A stretch of DNA of 59,762 nucleotides from a virus (lineage: Duplodnaviria; Caudoviricetes): IMG/VR virus record IMGVR_UViG_3300033148_002141, positions 1 to 59,762 of that record; one strand, given 5' to 3'. Positions within the stretch are counted from its first letter, which is position 1, and each line of letters begins with the position of its first letter. The notes below the pieces were generated by a model that saw nothing but the letters and a program-made list of their open reading frames with translations, was not told where the DNA came from and made no database searches. Shown in pieces: positions 18,628-26,818 of this stretch. The translations under genes and the position numbers were made by a program.

Positions 18628-18714
18628 GGAAACCTAAACGACCGACCTGAGCACAAGCAGTCGGGCAGGGAATTGCCACTCGTGTGCTATGCTCACAATG
18701 AAAGGAATGCTCCC

Positions 18715-19575
18715 ATGAAGCCCTACGAACTCACAGACCTGAACGCCCAGATCTACGATGGCTGTCAATCTGGCGAGGGCGTCGAATATACGGCTCTGCC
18801 TGACGGTGATGCTGGGATTGAGCGTCGCCTTGGTTGCTGCCGAGAACGACAAATAATGCGCGAAGCCGAATTGATGACCACGACGACCGTTGTTAGATCA
18901 CAAGATGAGTTGCTGTCATGCTACGACGGCGACGTCGTGATTGAGTGCGAAGTCAATTTGCCGTTACTACCGCTATCGGCGACCGGTTCCCTGACGTTTA
19001 AGCAGCGAATTCTTCTCGGGTCGATCGAAGCCGGCGGGTCACTCAAGGCCCGCAAGGCGATCGAGGTACGCGGGGGAATTAAGGCCCACGGGTGGATCGA
19101 GACCCACAGGTGGCTCACCGCCGGTGGGTCGATCAAGGCTGGCGGGTCGATTAAGGCCCACAAGTTGATTAAGGCCCGCAAATCAATCAAGGCCGGTGGG
19201 GCAATCGAGGCCGACGGGTGGATCGTTGCCGGCAGGTCGATTGTGGCTGGCGAGTGGATTCTGTCGATCCCTTTTGAGGTCCACTGTGACGTCCTGGTGA
19301 CCAAGCTACTACCGTTTGGACGGTCATTCTGGGCGGCAATGCCGCCATTACGGCAATGGGCTTCGCAGATTCTTGACGACGCTTATTGCTGGCAGTATTT
19401 TCGTAATCTTCTCAGCGCAGCCGAACAGCGCAATGTGGTGGCGTGGGACGGCTGGCACCCGATTCTACGGGCGCAGCTCGGCATGTTTTTCGGGCTTCGG
19501 GAGGCCGTGCCGGGCACCGAATTACTGGCCACGCACACGGATGGCGATGCGGAAGTTGCCGCCGCCAATAAGTGA
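18715..19575 (+). CDS. hexapeptide (GGSIKA) beta-helix repeat protein; N-terminus is a degenerate copy of the 19941 N-terminus
   Basis: Repeats GSIEAG/GSIKAG; MKPYELTD..QIYDGCQSGEGVEYTA vs MKLYKLTD..QTHGGCQWGEGIEHTA; alternative start at 18874. Confidence 0.65.
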   Translation: MKPYELTDLNAQIYDGCQSGEGVEYTALPDGDAGIERRLGCCRERQIMREAELMTTTTVVRSQDELLSCYDGDVVIECEVNLPLLPLSATGSLTFKQRILLGSIEAGGSLKARKAIEVRGGIKAHGWIETHRWLTAGGSIKAGGSIKAHKLIKARKSIKAGGAIEADGWIVAGRSIVAGEWILSIPFEVHCDVLVTKLLPFGRSFWAAMPPLRQWASQILDDAYCWQYFRNLLSAAEQRNVVAWDGWHPILRAQLGMFFGLREAVPGTELLATHTDGDAEVAAANK

Positions 19576-19587
19576 GAGGAGCAGTTC

Positions 19588-19929
19588 ATGACGTCCGACG
19601 CCTTCACACTCAAAGACCTTTCATCGCCAGATCGGGAATGCGCGATGCTACAAGACGCCTTGCGGAATCAACTGGTTGAACGCAACGTCAAAGCATACCG
19701 ACAATTAAACCGGCTGGCAGCGGCCGTTATCGCAGTCTGGCCACGCATCACTCGACGCCGCGCCGAACTGATTGATTTGGGGAAAGATTCGCACCTCACT
19801 GCCGCCCAGGCCGACGAACTGCAAAACCTCCAGCGGCTGACTGATGCCCTGATAGACGTTCTTCAGCCCTTCGCACTGGAAGAGGCTGGCGACATCATGG
19901 AAGAACTCAAACGGCGAGACTTGTGGTAG
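19588..19929 (+). CDS. hypothetical protein
   Basis: GAGGAG SD; shares a segment with the 16841 gene. Confidence 0.65.
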   Translation: MTSDAFTLKDLSSPDRECAMLQDALRNQLVERNVKAYRQLNRLAAAVIAVWPRITRRRAELIDLGKDSHLTAAQADELQNLQRLTDALIDVLQPFALEEAGDIMEELKRRDLW

Positions 19930-19940
19930 GAGACCTCACC

Positions 19941-20609
19941 ATGAAGCTTTACAAGCTCACCGATGAATACGGGCAAACGCATGGCGGTTGCCAATGGGGA
20001 GAAGGTATCGAACATACGGCCAGTGGCGAGGGCCCCCTCTGCCATTCGGGTTGGCTACACGCCTACACGCACCCGCTGCTGGCTGTATTCATGAATCCGA
20101 TCCACGCGAACTTCGAGCGACCACGATTGTGGGAGGCCGACGGGGACGTGGGCATATCCGATGGTAACCTGAAAGTGGGGTGCACGCGACTAAAGACGCT
20201 GCGGGAATTGCCGGTGCCCGAGGTCACGCGCGAGCAGCGGATTCGATTTGCGATAGCCTGCGCATTGCAGGTCTGGGATGACGCGACGTTTCGCAATTGG
20301 GCTTTGGCTTGGCTTGATGGTAGCGATAGATCGGACAATGCGGCCCTGGCGGCGTCGGAGACGGCGCGGGCGAAGGCGGCGTGGGCGAAGGCGGCAAAGG
20401 CGGCAGCGTGGTCGGCGTGGTCGGCATGGTCGGCGTGGGTGGCGGAGGCGGCAGCGTGCGCGGTGAATGCGGTAGCAGAGATAGCGGCGAAGACGGGTGC
20501 GAATATCCCATTCACCGCAATCGCCGAATGGGCGGTCACTGACGAACCGATTCAAGCGCTGGAAGTGACACTTGGGGATACGAGTGATGTCGCTACATCC
20601 CGTAAGTGA
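19941..20609 (+). CDS. phage protein: N-terminal GWLHAY/RLWEA domain + Ala-rich Imm5-like helices
   Basis: AGGAG SD; RFAIACA...WALAWLDG..Ala-rich repeats. Confidence 0.7.
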   Translation: MKLYKLTDEYGQTHGGCQWGEGIEHTASGEGPLCHSGWLHAYTHPLLAVFMNPIHANFERPRLWEADGDVGISDGNLKVGCTRLKTLRELPVPEVTREQRIRFAIACALQVWDDATFRNWALAWLDGSDRSDNAALAASETARAKAAWAKAAKAAAWSAWSAWSAWVAEAAACAVNAVAEIAAKTGANIPFTAIAEWAVTDEPIQALEVTLGDTSDVATSRK

Positions 20610-20679
20610 ACCGATATGATATTGGGCGGCTACCGCCGGCAGTTCATTCAGATGTCCACAATAACAGGAGGCCAACGAG

Positions 20680-20841
20680 ATGTTTCGTTCACTGGCTGTA
20701 ATCGTAATGTGCGCAATTGTCCTGTGGCTGACCTGGACGGCCAGCCAACAACCGCAAGAACCGCGAGAGGGCATCAGGCAAGACGCCGAGCGATTCGTCT
20801 CGCCAATAACAGAAAGGGTAGAGCGATGGCAGAATCGTTGA
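20680..20841 (+). CDS. small membrane protein
   Basis: AGGAGG SD; MFRSLAVIVMCAIVLWLTW (not in the ORF track, read manually). Confidence 0.5.
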   Translation: MFRSLAVIVMCAIVLWLTWTASQQPQEPREGIRQDAERFVSPITERVERWQNR

Positions 20842-20930
20842 TTGCGACTGTGCTGTTCGGCGCGTTTTCGATCGGATGGGCCGTGTGGCTGTTCGTTTAC
20901 ACCGGCCGATTGCATCGCGAGCCGGAATGA
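20826..20930 (+). CDS. small single-TM protein
   Basis: MAESLIATVLFGAFSIGWAVWLFVY. Confidence 0.45.
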   Translation: MAESLIATVLFGAFSIGWAVWLFVYTGRLHREPE

Positions 20931-21059
20931 CGGCAAGGACCGTATCGTGCGAATATTCGAATAGAAGTTTGTGCGAAGCGCGTGGTGGCCGTCTCGCTAC
21001 GTCCAATCTACGCGCGGGGAAAATGCTGTCCGCGCCGCGGCCTGGAAAGAATCAAAACC

Positions 21060-21275
21060 ATGAAGATCACACGCGAATGCCCGACATGCGGGCATAAGTA
21101 TGAAGTCGAGGCGTGTCCGGAATGTGGCGGCACAGGATACGTCCGAAAGCCAAAGAAGACTTTCACCGGCATTCTCCCTGAGCGCCACGTTCCCTGCGCA
21201 GCCTGTGGTGGCACTGGCGAAAAGGATTTCGTATGGCTCAAACAGTTGCTATCGTCGGTGGAGACACAAACATGA
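21060..21275 (+). CDS. DnaJ-type CxxCxGxG zinc-finger protein
   Basis: CPECGGTG...CAACGGTG. Confidence 0.7.
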   Translation: MKITRECPTCGHKYEVEACPECGGTGYVRKPKKTFTGILPERHVPCAACGGTGEKDFVWLKQLLSSVETQT

Positions 21276-21523
21276 CATTCGATCCCACAACCGAAACCAA
21301 AGAAGAGTTCATGGCCCGCTACCAGGCTGGTACCCCCGCGATGCCCGACATATTTCTGCGGCACTTAATCGCATTGCCTTGCGACTGCGAGGATGGCGGC
21401 GGCCCGACGCATTGGGCTGCCGTGTCTCGTGATCCATTGCACATTCAACAGCATTTGGAGTTGTACGCACCGTCCGGGACGCCTTGGCCGGCAGACATCG
21501 AACAACCCGATTCTCAGGTATGA
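21272..21523 (+). CDS. hypothetical protein
   Basis: ATGA overlap; ALPCDCEDGG..HWA. Confidence 0.6.
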   Translation: MTFDPTTETKEEFMARYQAGTPAMPDIFLRHLIALPCDCEDGGGPTHWAAVSRDPLHIQQHLELYAPSGTPWPADIEQPDSQV

Positions 21524-21598
21524 GTGGCGCCAGCTATACCTGGGAATCCCGTCGCGGCAGATGCTCGAACCGGAGGACTCGCAGCGGAGCACCGAAAC

Positions 21599-22291
21599 AT
21601 GCACACACTAACACACATCCTCGACCACCTGAATGCGTCGTTCCATTTTCGGAAGTGGGCTGATACGCAGCCTGACGCCCGCACAGTATGGTTCGCGTGT
21701 CCATGCGGTGACTGGCTGCTGTCGCTGGCAGCCGAGTTGGACATTGACCGCAGAATACTCCTTACCATAGTCTGCGATTGGGCGGAATTGGCTTTGCCAT
21801 ACATGCTTACAAGTGACGAGCATCCGCAGAACGCCATTGCTACGACACGCGCGTGGATTGCCGGCGAAGCGACACTGGAGCAGATACACGATGCCTCTAG
21901 GGCGGTCTGGGAGGAAGCTCTTCCGATTGCTTCCGAAGTTGCGTGGATTGCCAGCGAACTCGATCGGGAGGATGCCCATGCTTTCCGGGCCGCCGTACGG
22001 GCTACCTGGGCCGCGATCGATACTATTCGGGCTGCTCAGGCCGCCGCCGGCGACGTTCAATACGATTTCACTGCCGTCGCCCCCTCCGTTGCTGCGGATG
22101 CCGCTGATGCCGTCGCCGCTGCCGCTGAATCCGACGATATTGACGCCACAACCATCGCCGCTATCCATGCCGATACATTGCGGCAATGCGCTGACATCGT
22201 ACGTTCGCACATAACCTGGGAGCAGGTTGCAGAAGCGATAGAGCGTATGCGTTCACACGGAATGATAGGACGACACTTTACGAAGCAGTAG
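21599..22291 (+). CDS. Imm5-like, Ala-rich helical repeat protein (paralog 3)
   Basis: Same N-cap (WADTQPDARTVW..CP.GDWL) and QCADIVRS.ITWE C-cap as the 11671 and 12255 genes. Confidence 0.75.
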   Translation: MHTLTHILDHLNASFHFRKWADTQPDARTVWFACPCGDWLLSLAAELDIDRRILLTIVCDWAELALPYMLTSDEHPQNAIATTRAWIAGEATLEQIHDASRAVWEEALPIASEVAWIASELDREDAHAFRAAVRATWAAIDTIRAAQAAAGDVQYDFTAVAPSVAADAADAVAAAAESDDIDATTIAAIHADTLRQCADIVRSHITWEQVAEAIERMRSHGMIGRHFTKQ

Positions 22292-22371
22292 GGACGTTTC
22301 CTGACACGAGGCCGGAAGATTGGCGCGAGCCGGCCGGCGGAAGTATTACTCCAACCATTCGAGGAAAAGCC

Positions 22372-22782
22372 ATGACTTACTCATCCCCGCTTACCTACAG
22401 ACAGCGAAGCGACCTTATGCGACTGGCTGAACGCATACGCAGGGGGGAATGGGACCACGAAACTCTGTGCCGCTTGTCCGACGCCATTCCCATCTTGGTG
22501 ACTGACATCGACGCATTGCTGGCCCTACAATCCTGTGGCCACCCGGTACAATGCCTTACTGGCGGTGAAGACGAGCCGGACGAAGGCGGAACCCGATTCT
22601 GCGCGATGTGTCGGCTGGAAGCCGAGGTACGGAACTTACGCAAGCACAGAGACGTAACGCGAGGGCTGGTGCGCTTGTGCCGAGAATTGGACGCGGAACT
22701 CGATGGAGTCCGCCTACCCGCAACGGCCGCCGCCATCACCTGCGGTATCCGCACCCTTCTGAATCGGCTGGAGGACGAATGA
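22372..22782 (+). CDS. hypothetical protein with CGHP...CAMC motif
   Basis: GAGGA SD; operon context. Confidence 0.6.
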   Translation: MTYSSPLTYRQRSDLMRLAERIRRGEWDHETLCRLSDAIPILVTDIDALLALQSCGHPVQCLTGGEDEPDEGGTRFCAMCRLEAEVRNLRKHRDVTRGLVRLCRELDAELDGVRLPATAAAITCGIRTLLNRLEDE

Positions 22783-23126
22783 TGGCTAAACTCGGAGAAA
22801 TTATCTTCCGGCATATCGCCAATTCCGGAATCATTGTTGTTCAGTACGGGGATCACTATTGGGCATTCCCAGACGTACCTTATGCGCCCGATCCTTCGGA
22901 GCTCTGGGAGTGCCCTGATATCCTTGTGTGTTGGGCGATAGTTCTCCACGATCGCCCGGGCAAGGATCGATGGGAAATGCGGGTGCGCGTTTCTGAATGG
23001 CGAGACAACCCTGAACCATACCTTGTGGTGCGCAACGGCCGATGGGAGTCGTATCTTGACTGCCCGGAATTGGACGAACTACTGAATATGTTGCCAGAGC
23101 GGTTCTTCGTCCAGATGGAATACTGA
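22779..23126 (+). CDS. hypothetical protein, paralog of 6097-6438
   Basis: Full-length similarity to the 6097 gene. Confidence 0.72.
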   Translation: MMAKLGEIIFRHIANSGIIVVQYGDHYWAFPDVPYAPDPSELWECPDILVCWAIVLHDRPGKDRWEMRVRVSEWRDNPEPYLVVRNGRWESYLDCPELDELLNMLPERFFVQMEY

Positions 23127-23186
23127 GAATTACCCCCCCCAACTATGCCCTAATACGGTCGCAGAAAGACCGTGGAATGGTGATTT

Positions 23187-23420
23187 ATGCCCAAAACCCC
23201 AAAACATCGTGCTGGCAACCAACGCCATCGCAAGTGCCCCAAGTGCCAGAAGTTGAAGAAAGCGAACGCCCGATTGCGAAAGGAGCTTCACGATCTCCAA
23301 CTCGCCGTCAGTGAAATGCGCGATTGCCAACGTGAATACCTCTCCACGCACTGCAATGTCGATTTGGTTGCCGCCAAGAACGCTGAAGCCTGGGTGGATT
23401 CCATACTCCGGAATGGCTGA
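23187..23420 (+). CDS. hypothetical protein
   Basis: C-half homologous to the 13986 gene. Confidence 0.65.
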   Translation: MPKTPKHRAGNQRHRKCPKCQKLKKANARLRKELHDLQLAVSEMRDCQREYLSTHCNVDLVAAKNAEAWVDSILRNG

Positions 23421-23444
23421 TCCTCCAATTCCGTGACAGCTTCC

Positions 23445-23473
23445 TTGACGGCTCTTTATCCTCAGGCTAAATT
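23445..23473 (+). promoter_or_regulatory. sigma70-like promoter
   Basis: TTGACG (23445-50), 17-nt spacer, TAAATT (23468-73). Confidence 0.7.
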
Positions 23474-23479
23474 AGTGGA

Positions 23480-23910
23480 TGTGACTATCACTCGTCCCGT
23501 GTTAACTTGTGGTCCACTGTCATGTGTGCGGTTCTTGGACTGCTGAGAGGCGGAGATTGGAATACCCCTCCGAAAGCCGGAGGAAGGCCGCCACGGTACG
23601 GAAGGACGGACCGGAGCAGGCATGGAGACCGCCAGGGGTCACAAGTGGCACGGGCGAATATGGCCGACCGCAATCATTGCGGTAACGACAGGCCAACTCG
23701 GCATAGCTGGAGGGACACATACTCCGCGGCCCCGCCGATCGCTGAGGCGACAAGAGGGTCGAGTGGGTACTCAACCAACCCAAGCGAATCCGGTAAGACC
23801 GTTTCCGGGGAGACTATCCCGGCGCAGATTGGTTGCGGCGAAACCCTGACTCGTCGTTAGGTACACCCACCGAGGATGGGGCCGTTCGTTCGGCCGTGCG
23901 AACCTCGTTA
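23480..23910 (+). ncRNA. candidate large structured non-coding RNA of unknown family
   Basis: No credible ORF; long helix 23492-23515/23635-23657, nested helices and hairpins, 10 GGA motifs in 23537-23626; upstream promoter. Confidence 0.65.
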
Positions 23911-23969
23911 AATATGCGGAGCGGGTGGGGGGAATTGCGCGTGTAGCACAAACTCCAGGAGAATTGCGA

Positions 23970-24224
23970 ATGGGCTTTGCACCATCATACGACCGCTGGT
24001 TGGAAAAGCACCGTCACGAGGTACGTGCTTTCAAGGAATGCGAGCGCTGCCAAGGACGCCGCTTTGGTGACTGTTCGCCTCAGTGCAGGTATTTCTGGGA
24101 AACAGCCTCAGACGCCGAAGAGGAGGCTGCCTGTCGTGCTTCCGAGGATGTGAAGCCGCTGCCTGGGAAGAAGACGTACTACGACGCTTACCCGACGGCC
24201 CCCGAGAGGATTAGCCAGGGTTGA
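23970..24224 (+). CDS. small Cys-containing hypothetical protein
   Basis: AGGAG SD; CERC...CSPQC. Confidence 0.55.
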   Translation: MGFAPSYDRWLEKHRHEVRAFKECERCQGRRFGDCSPQCRYFWETASDAEEEAACRASEDVKPLPGKKTYYDAYPTAPERISQG

Positions 24225-24906
24225 TGACGCTGCGAACGGCGAATGCACCGTAGCGGAAGTTGACGCTGGCCAGCGGGATGATTCCGAATCCGGCGTCACC
24301 CCAGTTGGTGCCATACGAATTGGCGTAGAGGGCCCGGTCACGATCCAGGAGTTCAAGCAAGACGCAACTGTGGGCTCGCCAGCCGAATACGACGGGCCAC
24401 CCTTTGAGCAGGGCTGTGCCGAGTTCCTCGATCGAATCAATGTCAACGAATTCGTCGATGCGGTGCTTTCGGGCGTGTTCGTCGAGCAGGGCTTGCGGCG
24501 GCCTGCGACGCCAGCCATTGGACCGGGGCCAGACGCTTTCGGGCAGAATTCCGACATCCCGGGCGTGCTGGAGGTTGTCGTCGATTGACGATCCACGATC
24601 TCGGCCGCCGCTGGTGAAGGCGTAGATGCTCCACGGATTCAGGGACGTGAACGGGAGCTTCTGCCACGCTTGCATCACCATGACGCTCTGCGTTGTGGAT
24701 TCGGTGGCACATGATCCGACGCCATTCTGGTCCAGAATCTGACGCACGTAGGGTTTCAGGGTCACCCCTTCGGCAATCAATTCGGGCCACTTGTCCCGTG
24801 GAATCACGTCCACCACGTCTTCGAGCTTGGGACAGATTTGGCCGTACTTGCTACGCCGCGGCAGACAGCCGGGGACGCGCCCTGGAGGAAAGAATGCTCG
24901 CCTCAT
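24211..24906 (-). CDS. papain-like (C1 family) cysteine peptidase
   Basis: DQNGVGSCA (Q/C), AHSCVL (H), ANSYGTNWG..GF (N). Confidence 0.88.
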   Translation of the reverse strand: MRRAFFPPGRVPGCLPRRSKYGQICPKLEDVVDVIPRDKWPELIAEGVTLKPYVRQILDQNGVGSCATESTTQSVMVMQAWQKLPFTSLNPWSIYAFTSGGRDRGSSIDDNLQHARDVGILPESVWPRSNGWRRRPPQALLDEHARKHRIDEFVDIDSIEELGTALLKGWPVVFGWRAHSCVLLELLDRDRALYANSYGTNWGDAGFGIIPLASVNFRYGAFAVRSVINPG

Positions 24907-25562
24907 TGTCGGCCCTCCCAATATTGAACCCGTTCCACCACGTCGGCCCCGAGCGGTTCAACGGCGACGACGTGCAATCCATCCGCGCGGATGGAACCGA
25001 TTGCCAAGAATGGAACGGACACGCCTTCTCGTCGTGCCCGATTCAGAAACGCCGTGATCCACGACGGCTTGCTCCCGTCCGGCAGCTTCTCGTCTCGATC
25101 CGCCAATCGGCTCCGCGTCTCGGACGTTTCCAGATAGGCCCGGAGTCGTGACAGATTCACCGCTTCCTCCGCCGGCCGGCCCTGCGATTCGTAGATCGCC
25201 CCGATGAACAATTCCCCCGGAATCGGGGGCGGCGGAGGGTTTGGGGCTGTTCCCCTCACCGTGAAGCTGGCGGAGCCGTACTGGATTCCTCCGTCTCGAA
25301 TCACCGCCACCGCCACCATGCAGCGGCCCGGTTCTGGAAACGCCAGCCAGAGGAACTGTTGACCTCGATTCCAGCCGGCCACCCCGACGGCCGTGGTGGC
25401 TTTCGGCTCGGTAATGATCCGGGCCGTCGTCGTGTCGTTTGGGGACAGCCCTTGAACCTGCACAAGGAAATGCCGGCCGGCAACTGGTTGGTCCGGGGGC
25501 GGGGCAATCCGAATCGGCTCACCCGCCCCCAACAGGAGTGGTATCAATGCCAGGATTCGCAT
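24903..25562 (-). CDS. secreted protein with Pro-rich linker
   Basis: Signal peptide MRILALIPLLLGA; PNPPPPPIP linker. Confidence 0.65.
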   Translation of the reverse strand: MRILALIPLLLGAGEPIRIAPPPDQPVAGRHFLVQVQGLSPNDTTTARIITEPKATTAVGVAGWNRGQQFLWLAFPEPGRCMVAVAVIRDGGIQYGSASFTVRGTAPNPPPPPIPGELFIGAIYESQGRPAEEAVNLSRLRAYLETSETRSRLADRDEKLPDGSKPSWITAFLNRARREGVSVPFLAIGSIRADGLHVVAVEPLGADVVERVQYWEGRQ

Positions 25563-25575
25563 GTCGCCCTCCCGA

Positions 25576-25992
25576 TCAGCTAAACAGCGAGATCAATTGC
25601 ATGATGAGCGGGATCAGCTTCTCCAGGAACGCCAGAATCGCGTCCCAGTCCAGCGACGGGTCACTGAATGCCTGCGGATTCTCCGTCACGAGGTCATTGA
25701 ATACCTCGACAGCCAATTCGGCGGTGTCCCGTCCCTCCAATTCGCCGGCCTTCTGCTTTTCGGCCAGCAGTCGGCGAACGTTTCGGAACGTCAAACCCAA
25801 TTCCCGCCGCTGGCGGAAGGTCAATCCTCGCCGAATCTTGGCGGGTGCCAATTCCGGCGTGTCAGAAGTCACGGTGGCTCCCCCTCCCCAAGTGGAATCG
25901 GGAGCAGCCAGTTGATTCGGGGCCGCTGCCCCCAAGGCAAACGCAACCACAGTCAAGAGCACCAACAGACCGACACAGAAATAGTTGGACAT
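25576..25992 (-). CDS. membrane protein (N- and C-terminal hydrophobic segments)
   Basis: AAGGAG SD; MSNYFCVGLLVLLTVVAFALG...DWDAILAFLEKLIPLIMQLISLF. Confidence 0.7.
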   Translation of the reverse strand: MSNYFCVGLLVLLTVVAFALGAAAPNQLAAPDSTWGGGATVTSDTPELAPAKIRRGLTFRQRRELGLTFRNVRRLLAEKQKAGELEGRDTAELAVEVFNDLVTENPQAFSDPSLDWDAILAFLEKLIPLIMQLISLFS

Positions 25993-26111
25993 CGGATTCT
26001 CCTTTGTGAAGATGGGAAACATACTCGATTCTATTGTGCCTGCCCCGCGACTTCAAGCTTCTTCTTGGCCTTGTCGAAGATCATGTCCCCCCTTAGGGGT
26101 TGTGTCTCGAC

Positions 26112-26140
26112 TTGACACTGGTGTGGCGGTGGGCAACAAT
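26112..26140 (+). promoter_or_regulatory. possible promoter for the tail-fibre module
   Basis: TTGACA-17 nt-AACAAT in the divergent intergenic region; GTGTC-N7-GACAC dyad overlaps the -35. Confidence 0.35.
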
Positions 26141-26231
26141 CAAAGAAACTGGGGCAGGATGGACAGACTTCGAGATCCCCGGTTGGAAGGATTCGGAATC
26201 ACTCTCCACCCGGGGGCGATTGGTGACAAGA

Positions 26232-26528
26232 ATGACTACAACCGAAGCCCGCGAGATTTTTACCCAACTCCGCGAGATCGTCCAAAAGTTGGCCGTGCTG
26301 GAGGAAACGCAGAAATTAGTAGCTGCGCACGACCGCATACTACGCGGGTGCAACGGCGAACCGGGAATCGTTGCCGAGGTCAAGGCCCACGAAAAGCAAC
26401 TCGGCGAGATTTCCAGCATAGAGCGGCAGGACAGGTCCCGCTGGGCGACCGCGGGCCTCTGCTTGGCCACGGGGTTGATCGTGGCAATGGGGTCGTCATT
26501 GTTTCAAATGTTGCTCACTGGAGGATAA
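26232..26528 (+). CDS. coiled-coil protein with C-terminal TM (holin/XhlA-like candidate)
   Basis: HDRILRGCNGEPGIV motif and a single C-terminal TM. Confidence 0.5.
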   Translation: MTTTEAREIFTQLREIVQKLAVLEETQKLVAAHDRILRGCNGEPGIVAEVKAHEKQLGEISSIERQDRSRWATAGLCLATGLIVAMGSSLFQMLLTGG

Positions 26529-26530
26529 AG

Positions 26531-26818
26531 ATGGCCGACGAACCGCCTGTCAAGGCAACCAATCAATCCGCGTCCGGTGACACTGAATCCCGCCGCAAGT
26601 CGCTGCCGAAGCGGTGCGAGTTCCATGAAGCGGTGATTCATGTGCGAGCGCTAATTCGTGATGACCAGCAGTCCTACGGAGAGTTCCCGGTCCAGCAGGC
26701 CGTATTGGTGGATACGGAAACGGAATGGGACGGAGCAATCAACAACATCCGCCAGGTAATTGCGCGGCAGGACCCCGAAGCGGTCCTGCGTCAATTGCAA
26801 CAGCGTCAGGGTCGATAG
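26531..26818 (+). CDS. hypothetical protein
   Basis: GGAGG SD before ATG 26531. Confidence 0.6.
   Translation: MADEPPVKATNQSASGDTESRRKSLPKRCEFHEAVIHVRALIRDDQQSYGEFPVQQAVLVDTETEWDGAINNIRQVIARQDPEAVLRQLQQRQGR

Noticed and set aside
23544-23577. Hammerhead ribozyme (CTGAGAG...GAAA)
   Set aside because: The core is not CUGANGA, stem II does not abut the core, and no stem I/III with a cleavage triplet was found
23592-23620. SRP RNA helix 8 (resembles CAGGTCCGGAAGGAAGCAG)
   Set aside because: Only partial resemblance; the GGAA tetraloop stem and symmetric loop do not form properly. Left to a covariance-model search.
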